Of a stretch of 64,000 bases of DNA, positions 1 to 9,783 are shown in pieces (within the stretch, counting starts at the first letter, position 1; the number at the start of each line of letters is the position of its first letter). A program made the position numbers and the translations under genes. The notes under the pieces are model-generated. The model saw nothing but the letters and a program-made list of their open reading frames with translations, searched no databases and had not been told where the DNA came from. The DNA comes from an uncultured Candidatus Saccharibacteria bacterium (GTDB lineage: Bacteria > Patescibacteriota > Minisyncoccia > Phycocordibacterales > UBA918), in NCBI GenBank assembly GCA_964402035.1, contig CAYOAM010000003.1, forward strand, positions 7,921 to 71,920, read 5' to 3'.

Positions 1-21
1 TCGTGTATCAATAATTTCTCG

Positions 22-1791
22 TTGTGCTATCTACAGCACCGCATCGTCATGCCCTCCATGAAAAGAATAGACCGGCTATTTCATTTTGTTGAAACACGGC
101 CCGCAAGCGATCGAGCAATCTTGAAGTTCTTGCTCCTGTGTTCATTAGGAACATTACTTTTTGCGTTGATCAGTATGAGTACGCGCGCAACAATCGGTGT
201 ACCAGAACGTGGTGGCATATTGTCAGAAGGTATCGTGGGCACGCCACGCTTCATCAATCCACTCTTAGCTGCAACAAGCGCCGACCGTGATCTTAGCGCA
301 CTTATATACGCAGGACTTATGCGCCTCGGGAGCGACGGATCACTCCATCCCGATATGGCCGAGTCACTCACTGTTTCAGATGATGGCCTCACCTACAACA
401 TCGTGTTGCGCAGCAACAATACTTTTCATGATGACATACCAGTGACCGCAGACGATGTGATTTTTACTATATTGCGCGCGCAAGACCCCATGCTTAAAAG
501 TCCGCTGCGTGCCAACTGGGAAGGAGTGACTATAGAACGTATTGGTGAATATGAATTGAACCTCGTACTCAGTGAACCCTATGCACCGTTTATCGAAAAT
601 CTTACGATGGGTATTTTGCCACGTCATATTTGGGAGTTCGCAGAGATTGATCAAATACCATTTAGTCCGCACAATAGCGAACCTATAGGATCCGGTCCCT
701 ACATGATCAAAAACACCAAGAGGAACAGCTCTGGTATACCTGACGCATATATATTGAGTCCGTTTGATGACTATCATGGTGATATTCCCCGTATCGCAAC
801 ACTCAACGTACAGTTTTTCCAAAACGAAGAAGCGCTACTCGACGCGCTCATTGCAAAAAAAATAGATAGCGCCGCTAGTCTCTCACCACAGGCACTCGAC
901 ACCCTACTTGCAAATCCATCGACCAAAGATTCACACACCCTATACCGCACACCGCTTCCTCGCACATTTGCACTCTTCTTTAATCAAAATGAAGAACCGC
1001 TGTTCAGAGAACCTGCAGTACGTAAGGCGCTCAATACAGCCCTCGACCGCGATCGTATTGTGCAGGAAGTATTGGGTGGCTATGGGCAACCAATCGACGG
1101 TCCACTTCCCCCTGGTTTTACTACACTACCAACGTACAGTGCGACATCAACAACCCCTTCACAAAAAATAGATGCCGCTCGTGATATTCTTCGTGAAGGT
1201 GGTTTCAAAATCAACGAAACAACAGGACTGTGGGAGAAAAAAGTTGGTACCGAGGTGAAAGAATTGAAATTTAGTATTGAGACTGCAAATACCGACACAT
1301 TTGTCGCGACCGCAGAGATATTAAAAACAATCTGGGGAGAAGTTGGTATACCAGTTGATATTAAAAAATTTGAACAGTCGGACCTGACGCAGACGATCAT
1401 ACGTCCACGAAAATATAGCGCGCTACTGTTTGGGACTGCCGTTGGACGCGAACTCGATTTTTATTCATTCTGGCACTCATCCCAACGCAATGACCCTGGT
1501 CTCAATATAGCTCTCTACGCAAATATCACAACCGACGCAGTCCTGACCGAAGCACGCACAAAAACAAATAGGGACGACCGCGCGGAGGCGTACAAACGAT
1601 TTGCAGACGAAATGCGCACCGACCTCCCTGCACTGTTCCTCTTTGTTCCCGAATTTACCTACTTACTGCCAGACCGCATTCACGAGGTAACAGTAGCAGG
1701 ATTAGCAGGACCCAGTGAACGTTTCAGTAGTATCGGCGCTTGGTACACGAACACCGAATCGGTATGGCCATTTTTTAACAACACAAAATAA
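22..1791 (+). CDS. ABC transporter substrate-binding protein, OppA/DppA (SBP family 5), N-terminally membrane-anchored
   Basis: N-terminal TM followed by SBP5 motifs (LIYAGLMR..PDMAES, FHDD.PVTADDVIFT, PIGSGPY, VRKALNTALDR); exact start uncertain. Confidence 0.9.
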   Translation: MCYLQHRIVMPSMKRIDRLFHFVETRPASDRAILKFLLLCSLGTLLFALISMSTRATIGVPERGGILSEGIVGTPRFINPLLAATSADRDLSALIYAGLMRLGSDGSLHPDMAESLTVSDDGLTYNIVLRSNNTFHDDIPVTADDVIFTILRAQDPMLKSPLRANWEGVTIERIGEYELNLVLSEPYAPFIENLTMGILPRHIWEFAEIDQIPFSPHNSEPIGSGPYMIKNTKRNSSGIPDAYILSPFDDYHGDIPRIATLNVQFFQNEEALLDALIAKKIDSAASLSPQALDTLLANPSTKDSHTLYRTPLPRTFALFFNQNEEPLFREPAVRKALNTALDRDRIVQEVLGGYGQPIDGPLPPGFTTLPTYSATSTTPSQKIDAARDILREGGFKINETTGLWEKKVGTEVKELKFSIETANTDTFVATAEILKTIWGEVGIPVDIKKFEQSDLTQTIIRPRKYSALLFGTAVGRELDFYSFWHSSQRNDPGLNIALYANITTDAVLTEARTKTNRDDRAEAYKRFADEMRTDLPALFLFVPEFTYLLPDRIHEVTVAGLAGPSERFSSIGAWYTNTESVWPFFNNTK

Positions 1792-1814
1792 CACATCAGT
1801 ACTACTACACCATT

Positions 1815-3875
1815 ATGAACACAACAACACCATCGACCGGAGCAACTCCACAACCATACGGCAATCGTCGTCCGTTTTCTCATGCACGACGCCGCCCTAT
1901 GGGTGGAAGTGGTGGCGCCACTACACGTAGCGCCCATCGACCACTAGCACGTACCGGAACACCATCACACACGAGCGCACACGCACACCGACCACCCGCA
2001 ACGCACACGCGAGCTACACCTTCAGCATCGGGAGATCGTGCGCCCGTTCGCAGCGGCAGCGCTCCACGATCTCGCGACGGCGGAGCAAAGCGTCATGCAC
2101 GCTCTGGTCGCGACCGCGGTCCACGCAATACCGTAGGACAAATCAATCAGCGCATCACAATTGCAGATCCTGCGCGTCCTATTGTGCCGCCACTTACCGA
2201 TGAAGATTCAGTACGCATTATTCCTGTCGGTGGCGTTGAAGAAGTAGGAAAAAACATGATGATTGTGGAGACTAAAGATGACATCATCATTTTTGATGCT
2301 GGTTTCCAGTTTGTGTCAGACGAAAACGATGCGCCGGGTATCAACTATATTTTGCCTAACACGCAATACCTAGAGGACAACAAACACAAGATCCGCGCAC
2401 TCGTGATCACACACGGCCACCTCGACCATATTGGCGGTATTCCGTTTCTTATTGATCGTATTGGCAATCCACCAATCTACACGCGCTACCTCACATCCCT
2501 CATGATTTTGAAGCGGCAAGAAGAATTCCCCCATTTGCCAAAAGTGGTGATGCACGTCATCGAACCATGGCAGCGCATAAAACTCGGCAACACCTACATC
2601 AAGACGTTCCCCGTCACCCACTCAATCCCCGACTCAATGGGTATCTCTGTTGAAACCAAACACGGCAATGTCGTGATTTCTGGAGACCTTAAACTAGAAC
2701 ACGAAGACGGGATTGCATCTGATATCGAACAAGATACGTGGGGACGCATTGGAAAAGAAAAAAATATTCTGTTTATCGGCGACTCAACCAATGCTGAGAA
2801 AGACGGATTTTCAATCCCTGAGATTAAGGTGCACAACAATATTGAAGAGATCATTCGCACCGTAACTGGTCGCCTGATCATCGGTACGTTTGCATCACAG
2901 TTTGCTCGCATGACACATATCATCATGGCCTGTGAGCGTCTTGGAAAGAAAGTGGTAACCGAAGGTAGAAGTATCAAAAACAATATTGAGATTGCTCAAA
3001 AAGCAAACCTTCTCACCATTCAAAAAGGTACTATTATTCCCGTACAAGAGATCGATAGCTATCCTTCAGATCGCGTCGTCGTCATCTGCACCGGAGCGCA
3101 AGGTGAAGAATTTGCAGCACTCATGCGTATCGCAACCAAGAAACATAAGTTCGTAACTCTCGGCGAGCGCGATACGGTCATGCTCTCTTCGTCGGTTATT
3201 CCTGGCAATGAACTTTCGGTACAAAAACTGAAGGATAATATTTATCGCCGCGGCGCACACATCATCCACTACCGTGCTTCTGATGTGCACTCAACAGGAC
3301 ACGGAAATTCAGGAGAACTTGTATGGATTCGTGAGCAGGTAAACCCTACGTTCTTTATGCCTGCATATGGCTATCACTCAATGTTACGCTGCCATGCCTA
3401 CGCCAACATCGAAGCTGGTTTTCCAAAAGACAATGTCATCCTACCCGACAACGGCTCGGTCATTAATATTAAAAATGGCTCCGTGCTCACCGTCGACAAA
3501 CTCAAAATACCTTCTGAAAACATGATGGTAGACGGCTTCTCGGTTGGCACACGCCAAGAGGTCGTGATACGTGATAGACAATCACTGGCAAACGACGGAA
3601 TGTTTGTGGTTATTGCAACTATCAATCCAAAGACCGGCACACTAAGAAAGTCCCCCGACATTATTTCGCGTGGTTTTGTGTATCTTCGTGAATCGCAACA
3701 ATTGCTCCAAGAAGCACGCATTCTCATAAAGACGACCGTGGAGAAAGAAACCGAAAACATGAACCCGCTCAACCTTGACTATGTAAAGGAGGCACTTGCA
3801 GAAACACTGAGCGCATTCTTGCTCCAGAAAACGAATAAGACACCAATGGTTATACCTGTCCTTATCGGCTTGTAA
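1815..3875 (+). CDS. rnj: Ribonuclease J with a long disordered N-terminal extension
   Basis: GGVEEVGKNM, THGHLDHIGG, HSIPD, GDSTNA, CTGAQGE, HSTGHG beta-CASP motifs; C-terminal PDIISRGFVY. Confidence 0.95.
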   Translation: MNTTTPSTGATPQPYGNRRPFSHARRRPMGGSGGATTRSAHRPLARTGTPSHTSAHAHRPPATHTRATPSASGDRAPVRSGSAPRSRDGGAKRHARSGRDRGPRNTVGQINQRITIADPARPIVPPLTDEDSVRIIPVGGVEEVGKNMMIVETKDDIIIFDAGFQFVSDENDAPGINYILPNTQYLEDNKHKIRALVITHGHLDHIGGIPFLIDRIGNPPIYTRYLTSLMILKRQEEFPHLPKVVMHVIEPWQRIKLGNTYIKTFPVTHSIPDSMGISVETKHGNVVISGDLKLEHEDGIASDIEQDTWGRIGKEKNILFIGDSTNAEKDGFSIPEIKVHNNIEEIIRTVTGRLIIGTFASQFARMTHIIMACERLGKKVVTEGRSIKNNIEIAQKANLLTIQKGTIIPVQEIDSYPSDRVVVICTGAQGEEFAALMRIATKKHKFVTLGERDTVMLSSSVIPGNELSVQKLKDNIYRRGAHIIHYRASDVHSTGHGNSGELVWIREQVNPTFFMPAYGYHSMLRCHAYANIEAGFPKDNVILPDNGSVINIKNGSVLTVDKLKIPSENMMVDGFSVGTRQEVVIRDRQSLANDGMFVVIATINPKTGTLRKSPDIISRGFVYLRESQQLLQEARILIKTTVEKETENMNPLNLDYVKEALAETLSAFLLQKTNKTPMVIPVLIGL

Positions 3876-3905
3876 AGAGTACGATTAAAAAAGCCAACCA
3901 ACTTT

Positions 3906-5105
3906 GTGATCAAACATCTAGCGGGAGAATCGAAACGACATCTGAAAGCAACGAAGTCGTTTGCGGTCGTATATCTTGCCATGCTGGTCCTTTCGCTCCA
4001 CTGGGCGACAGTGCTCTATGTCAATTCAACATTTCTCGAACAGTTTGTCAGTAGCGAGGCTGTCGGTACACTCTTTATAATTGGATCGGCGCTCACTATT
4101 TTTGCCTTCCTCTTTATATCGAGTGTATTGCGCATACTCGGCAATTACAAACTCACGCTCGTGCTGACGGCGATAGAATTCTGCGTACTTATTGGTCTTG
4201 CATTTGCTGAAAGTATGCGCGTTGCCGTACCACTCTTTATCATCCACCAAGCAGTCGTACCGCTCATCCTTTTTAACCTCGATGTCTTTGTCGAAAGTCT
4301 AACAAAAAACGAATCCGAAACGGGCGGAAAGCGTGGCATCATGCTCACGACCATGAGTTTTGCGAGCGCACTTGCACCATTGGGAACAGGCTTGCTTCTC
4401 GGATCCGATACACCACACTTCAGTATCGCGTATATGGTGAGCGCAGCGCTACTCATACCGTTTGTCTATATCGTATGGAAAAACTTTAAGACATTTTCTG
4501 ATTCTCCCTACCCACACATTGAGGTACTACAAAGCATCCGCTCATTTTGGATAGATCGCAATCTGCGGTATGTCTTTATGGCACACTTTCTCTTGCAGCT
4601 CTTCTTTGCGTGGATGGTGATTTATGTCCCACTCTATCTCGCAACCAAAATTGGTCTCCACTGGGATGCTATTGGCGTTATTTTGTTTGTTGGTCTGTTG
4701 GCCTATGTATTTTTGGAATACCCTATAGGAAGAGTCGCGGATCTCTACATCGGAGAAAAGGAAATGATGGCAACAGGATTTTTTATTCTTGCCATGGCAA
4801 CGTGCTGGATCTCTTTTATCACGACCCCCGTTATTATTCCGTGGATCGTGACAATGTTTCTAACGCGGGTCGGAGCAAGCCTCGTTGAGACCACCACGGA
4901 GACGTACTTTTTTAAACACACCAGCGGCAAAGATGCACATATCATTAGTTTTTTTCGCATCACCCGACCGCTCGGCATTGTTATAGGAGCGCTTTTGGGC
5001 AGTCTTGCGCTGCTCTATATGCCGTTTCAATTTATCTTTGTTGCACTTGGTGGCGTCATGCTCTTGGGTATCATCTGCAGTGTTCTACTGGTCGACACGC
5101 GCTAG
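3906..5105 (+). CDS. MFS transporter
   Basis: About 12 hydrophobic segments; motif-A-like PIGRVADLYIGEK. Confidence 0.85.
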   Translation: MIKHLAGESKRHLKATKSFAVVYLAMLVLSLHWATVLYVNSTFLEQFVSSEAVGTLFIIGSALTIFAFLFISSVLRILGNYKLTLVLTAIEFCVLIGLAFAESMRVAVPLFIIHQAVVPLILFNLDVFVESLTKNESETGGKRGIMLTTMSFASALAPLGTGLLLGSDTPHFSIAYMVSAALLIPFVYIVWKNFKTFSDSPYPHIEVLQSIRSFWIDRNLRYVFMAHFLLQLFFAWMVIYVPLYLATKIGLHWDAIGVILFVGLLAYVFLEYPIGRVADLYIGEKEMMATGFFILAMATCWISFITTPVIIPWIVTMFLTRVGASLVETTTETYFFKHTSGKDAHIISFFRITRPLGIVIGALLGSLALLYMPFQFIFVALGGVMLLGIICSVLLVDTR

Positions 5106-5106
5106 C

Positions 5107-5925
5107 CTACGGCAGTCTCCACTTCCCCACTCGATACACAACCAAGCCTTCTTTTGAGAGTGTGCTCGCGTATCGCACCAAGGACGGCTGTTTAAGACCT
5201 ACCTTCTTTGCAAGTTCAGCAGTCGTGTACGCAGTATCGCGGAGCGCACGCACTATTGACCCGCGTATTTGGCGCGATGATCCCTCAAATGTGCTCTGTC
5301 TCGTATAGCTTTTCGCACGTTTATTTTGATTGCCATGTGTACGTTTTATCCAGGACCCATAATCCATAAGTGCGGCATACCAGAGGCGCGGATTTTTACG
5401 ATCAAGTGTTTCGGTGATACGCGCCACTAGCTCCGTATCAGAAACATCGTTCTTCTTTGGAAAAAAATGGTACAAAAAAACAGTACGAATATTGGTTTCG
5501 ATTATTGGTACTGGCATGTTGTATGCAAAGGCAAGCACTGCTCCTGCAGTATAGGGACCGACACCGGGTAATGCTCGTAGCCCTTCAAAAGAATCTGGGA
5601 ACACGCCACTATGTTTCTTCATGATTTCTTTCGCGGCTTCATGGAGCATGCGAGCACGACGATTGTATCCAAGTCCACTCCACAGACGAAGCACGTCTCC
5701 CAACGTTGCCTGAGCAAGGATGGCACACGTTGGGAACGCAGTCATGAAGACTTGATACTTTGGCACCACACGATCTACTTGTGTCTGCTGCAGCATTATT
5801 TCAGACACAAGAATACTGTAAGGATCAGTGGTCTGCCGCCATGGAAATGATCGTCCGTCCTCTTTGTAATGTGTCCTGACGATTTTCTGAAATACGCGTA
5901 TGTCTTGTGCCGTGAGTCCGCGCAT
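5107..5925 (-). CDS. mutY: A/G-specific adenine DNA glycosylase (MutY, short Fe-S-less form)
   Basis: PWRQTTDPYSILVSEIMLQQTQV, WSGLGYNRRA, HhH LPGVGPYTAGA. Confidence 0.9.
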   Translation of the reverse strand: MRGLTAQDIRVFQKIVRTHYKEDGRSFPWRQTTDPYSILVSEIMLQQTQVDRVVPKYQVFMTAFPTCAILAQATLGDVLRLWSGLGYNRRARMLHEAAKEIMKKHSGVFPDSFEGLRALPGVGPYTAGAVLAFAYNMPVPIIETNIRTVFLYHFFPKKNDVSDTELVARITETLDRKNPRLWYAALMDYGSWIKRTHGNQNKRAKSYTRQSTFEGSSRQIRGSIVRALRDTAYTTAELAKKVGLKQPSLVRYASTLSKEGLVVYRVGKWRLP

Positions 5926-5928
5926 AGT

Positions 5929-6795
5929 CTACGAAGTGAACTGAAGGAAGATAACGTGCTCGAGATCCCATTCTGCCTTGGTGAGAATACGTTCGTTATA
6001 CATACCTGCTTCTGGCCAGTTTGCTTCTGAGATGGATAGCGTGCCATCGGGAAATACCGCTTCAACATAGCCAAGATGCCCCATCTCTTCTGGCACATCA
6101 ACACGATCGGTAAACTCAATGACTGTTCCAACGGCAGGCGTCGCTATTTTTCGAACTGTTGGAACGGTAGCCAGAATGTCACTCCACATACCTGGTTTAC
6201 GCGGTCGTACCGGTGGCCACTTCACCGTTACACCACGACGGATTAAACGATAGAGCACGTATTCTTCGGACTGGAGCGGCATACCTGCTTCGCCTGCCCC
6301 AAATTCATCATTGATAATAGCGCGTACGCGTATCGTGGTCGGATCATCAGCATCATTTGGCGCTCCAATCACAAACGATGGATACACATGCGCTGCCCGG
6401 TCTTCCAAATCATCAACGTACACCCATCCACGATACGATCCACTCGCAACTTCTGCCCACAAATCTTGATCCTGCAGTACCATCACCATGGATCCATACG
6501 GCAGCACGGTGTACACAGTATCTCCATACGCACCGGCAGCACTACGCAACGGCGTTGCGATCGAAGATGTGTACATCACCGTATTTTTCTGTATCTTTTT
6601 TCGCTCTGACACCTCTTTATGTGTACGCAAGTCATCGTCATTGGTCGTCGAAAGCCCTGCAGTTATCTGTGTATATGTTTTTGGGGGCGGTAATGCAGAT
6701 ACGGTGGTGATTTTATTGGCAGGATGAAAAAAATGCTCGGTGAAATCAACAACGAAATCTACGAGGTCTTTGGCTACCGCAAAGATAAGCTGCAT
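5929..6795 (-). CDS. SH3b + CHAP-like domain protein
   Basis: SH3b-like ..WAEVASGSYRGWVY; CHAP-like GHLGYVEAV..ISEANW; Ser at the expected catalytic Cys position. Confidence 0.7.
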   Translation of the reverse strand: MQLIFAVAKDLVDFVVDFTEHFFHPANKITTVSALPPPKTYTQITAGLSTTNDDDLRTHKEVSERKKIQKNTVMYTSSIATPLRSAAGAYGDTVYTVLPYGSMVMVLQDQDLWAEVASGSYRGWVYVDDLEDRAAHVYPSFVIGAPNDADDPTTIRVRAIINDEFGAGEAGMPLQSEEYVLYRLIRRGVTVKWPPVRPRKPGMWSDILATVPTVRKIATPAVGTVIEFTDRVDVPEEMGHLGYVEAVFPDGTLSISEANWPEAGMYNERILTKAEWDLEHVIFLQFTS

Positions 6796-6863
6796 ATCGA
6801 CGGCACTATAGCACTGTGGGGTTTTCTTGGAAAGCGGACATTTTTAAGCCTTTGGTAGAGCCG

Positions 6864-7532
6864 CTAGTGGGCCCGCGGCCAGCACTGATTGGAAGCAGGA
6901 TAGATCTTGGTAAGTGGATGCCCGACACAGTCATGCTTCCGCGCAGGGCATATATCACGTCCATAGTGCACCAGCCGATGGTTAAACTGCCACCAGTCCT
7001 TTTGTGGCATGATGCTCATAAGGTCTTTTTCTATGCGCACAGGATCCTTAAAATCTGACAGATCAAAACGAATAGCAAAACGGCGGACATGCGTATCAAC
7101 AGCAATACCCGCAGACGTTTGATAGAGATTAGAGAGCACCACATTTGCTGTCTTTCGTGCAACCCCCGGCAACTGCAACAAGTCCTCCATCGTGTGCGGT
7201 ATCACTCCACCAAATCGCTCCTGCAGCATGCGAGCCGCGCCAATAATATTCCGCGCTTTATTTCGGTAAAATCCGCATGAAAAAATGTCACGCTCAAAAA
7301 CGCTTTGCTGCGCATGCACATAATCTTCCAAGCGAGGATACTTTTTAAAGAGTGTTGCCGTGACTTTGTTGACCCGCTCGTCGGTACATTGTGCTGAAAG
7401 CTGTACCGCGACCAAAAGCTCCCATGGCGTTGTATAGTGAAGTGCTATGTGCGCCTTAGGATAAAGGCGCCTCAGCGTGCGATTCATGCGCATGACGCGT
7501 GCCGTCCGTTCATTTTTTTGCGTCACGTTCAT
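6864..7532 (-). CDS. nth: Endonuclease III
   Basis: ELLVAVQLSAQCTDERVN, LPGVARKTANVV, AVDTHV. Confidence 0.93.
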   Translation of the reverse strand: MNVTQKNERTARVMRMNRTLRRLYPKAHIALHYTTPWELLVAVQLSAQCTDERVNKVTATLFKKYPRLEDYVHAQQSVFERDIFSCGFYRNKARNIIGAARMLQERFGGVIPHTMEDLLQLPGVARKTANVVLSNLYQTSAGIAVDTHVRRFAIRFDLSDFKDPVRIEKDLMSIMPQKDWWQFNHRLVHYGRDICPARKHDCVGHPLTKIYPASNQCWPRAH

Positions 7533-7543
7533 GCGGCTTGATG

Positions 7544-7936
7544 CTACCCGATACTCTTCAGTCGCTCAGCGATTACCAAAACTCGCTCAACAAATGACTC
7601 AATAGTCTGCTGATCTTCTTTCGTTGTACACGTCTTACAAAATGAGAGATACTCTGCTACTTTTTTCTCTTTTCTCTTTAGTATGTACTGTGCAAGATAC
7701 CGAGTCCCAAAAAGCAACCGCCTCATGCGCATAGTGTACCGCTCAAAATGAGAAACTCGTCCCATGTCCCCACGCACACCTGACTTGCGCGCCCAGAAAT
7801 CAAATTGCGCACGCAATGTTTCTGCAAGATCACTCAAGATAGACTTGAGTATGGGATCCGTCTCGCGATCAGCAAGATCCGCGTACAGTGTATAGGCTTC
7901 AAGGGTTGTGCGTGCAAAAAAAGACTCGTCTTTCAT
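7544..7936 (-). CDS. Ferritin/rubrerythrin-like helical protein (degenerate)
   Basis: EAYTLYADLADRETDPILKSILSDLA resembles the rubrerythrin/VIT1 N-domain; ATG at 7936 preferred because it avoids overlap with the upstream gene. Confidence 0.5.
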   Translation of the reverse strand: MKDESFFARTTLEAYTLYADLADRETDPILKSILSDLAETLRAQFDFWARKSGVRGDMGRVSHFERYTMRMRRLLFGTRYLAQYILKRKEKKVAEYLSFCKTCTTKEDQQTIESFVERVLVIAERLKSIG

Positions 7937-7940
7937 GAAG

Positions 7941-9068
7941 TTACGCACGCATTCGCGTATACCCATAATGCAATAGCATACCAAGCACCACAAAAAATAC
8001 TGCAGCACATATCAATACTCCGACATATGGCACTTGCAGCACCGCTTGGGTTAGGGCAACACCAGCAACCGTCCACATCCAATTTATGCGATATTCATGC
8101 ACAATGATTTTTGCCAATGCAGCACCGACAAATACTTGTGACAAAATAAGTGCCGCAAGGACAAGCGCGAGATACACGATCCATAAAAATATACCTACCG
8201 GTACCCCAATGACACTGATGAGCAATACGCTTGCTGCAATAGGCATCATAAGAAATGCCGCAAACCCTATAAAACCTGATAGTCCCAGCGCTGAAGATGA
8301 TGTGCGCACCACACCATAGACATAATCACGAAAGAGTAACACCGCAACGAGTGCTGAAAAGAGCGCCATAAATGCGACGTACAAGAACGCCCCCATGTCG
8401 CGCTGTGGATCCGCAGCAGCTTCACGCTGTGTGATTTTTCCTTCTACTACAGCATTTGGCGACCGAGAAATCTCGCGTGAACTTTCGTACAGAATGTCTT
8501 TGCCAATGTGCGCACTTTCGCCAAGCTGTATCGCCCCCGAAAGCGTTGCATCAACTGACCCAACACTACTGTTGATGACCAGCGATTCGGCCTGTACATG
8601 CAGCATGCCCACGACTTCCCCATCGACGTCCAATTGCCCGCCATAAAAATATAGATCTTCATCGATCGTCGCAGTCGACAACACCGTAGCAAAACCACCA
8701 ATGACAATCACATCACCTTTCACTGCTTCTGCGAGCTCAACACTTCCGCTCACGACTCGGACATCATCCTCCACATTGCCGTGAATCTGCACCGACCCAC
8801 CTATAGCAACCACGTCACCCATCACGGTCCCATTTATGGTAATGCTCTGCCCCACTGCGTAGAGATCTCCTTCAATCACCCCTGAAATATTGACGCTCTT
8901 CCCACCCAATGCATAAAAATCACCCGGCACAACCGCATCTTTTGGTACCGAGACGATATCTCCTGTTCGCATGACAGCAGCCTCTACTCTGACCGGGAAG
9001 ACCACGGTGATCAAAAAGAGACTAGTGAAAAATGTGGCTAGAAATAGGGACGAAATGACTTTCTTCAT
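7941..9068 (-). CDS. Polymer-forming (bactofilin-like beta-helix) membrane protein
   Basis: Signal/TM, repeated V.GD...G beta-helix turns, 4-5 C-terminal TMs. Confidence 0.75.
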   Translation of the reverse strand: MKKVISSLFLATFFTSLFLITVVFPVRVEAAVMRTGDIVSVPKDAVVPGDFYALGGKSVNISGVIEGDLYAVGQSITINGTVMGDVVAIGGSVQIHGNVEDDVRVVSGSVELAEAVKGDVIVIGGFATVLSTATIDEDLYFYGGQLDVDGEVVGMLHVQAESLVINSSVGSVDATLSGAIQLGESAHIGKDILYESSREISRSPNAVVEGKITQREAAADPQRDMGAFLYVAFMALFSALVAVLLFRDYVYGVVRTSSSALGLSGFIGFAAFLMMPIAASVLLISVIGVPVGIFLWIVYLALVLAALILSQVFVGAALAKIIVHEYRINWMWTVAGVALTQAVLQVPYVGVLICAAVFFVVLGMLLHYGYTRMRA

Positions 9069-9157
9069 ATCAATATAGATTATCTAGACCCTTACTATAC
9101 TACAGAGACCACTCTCGAAGCTAGCGACCAAAACATGGTGGAGCGCGGTGTGCAAAC

Positions 9158-9565
9158 CTACTGCTGCATGCACGGCAAAACACGAACAACTTCCACGGGT
9201 CCTGGTTTACTGCCTGCAATGATCTCTTCCACCCTACCCTCACCGAGAGTTTTATAAGCGCATGCGATCATTGCGGGCGTCACCGTTACTTTCTCTGCAT
9301 CAATACCTAATGTAGACAACAGTGCCTTTTGCGAATCAGACAGTGACGCAGTATCAATCACAACTGGTGCAGTAATATTTTTTTCACCTGACGTTGTTGC
9401 GGTTTGAGGAACCCCGTCGAGAGCTGCGGTTGAAGTCGCTAGGTGGGGCACTGTCGTATCAGTAGTTTGTGGCGCTCCCGATTGCAGACTAGTAAACGAG
9501 TGCACATAATAGCCAACATAAAACCCGCATCCAAAAATGACCATCCAGATTATTATTTTCATCAT
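9158..9565 (-). CDS. Membrane-anchored hypothetical protein, paralog of 44459..44839
   Basis: N-terminal TM, Thr-rich linker, C-terminal QK.LL..LGID...TP.MIACA...LG..RV.E motif. Confidence 0.75.
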   Translation of the reverse strand: MMKIIIWMVIFGCGFYVGYYVHSFTSLQSGAPQTTDTTVPHLATSTAALDGVPQTATTSGEKNITAPVVIDTASLSDSQKALLSTLGIDAEKVTVTPAMIACAYKTLGEGRVEEIIAGSKPGPVEVVRVLPCMQQ

Positions 9566-9738
9566 GCTGGTGCAGCATACTCCACCGGTGCATTAAGCAC
9601 AATGATGATCACTGTCCCAATACCAAACAACACAAGAAATCCGACAAATAACCAGATGCGTGTGCGCGATAGTTCACGCTCGCCGGTATACCAGTTGCGC
9701 GCAAAGAGAAATGGTGCAATAAATTTTAGGATTCGCAT
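9562..9738 (-). CDS. 58-aa single-TM small protein (not in ORF track)
   Basis: MRILKFIAPFLFARNWYTGERELSRTRIWLFVGFLVLFGIGTVIIIVLNAPVEYAAPA*; TGA overlaps the next ATG (ATGA); TATACT 15 nt upstream. Confidence 0.7.
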   Translation of the reverse strand: MRILKFIAPFLFARNWYTGERELSRTRIWLFVGFLVLFGIGTVIIIVLNAPVEYAAPA

Positions 9739-9783
9739 AGTGGACTGTAATCTAGTATATCGTGAGATTGCGTCATGCGTTAT

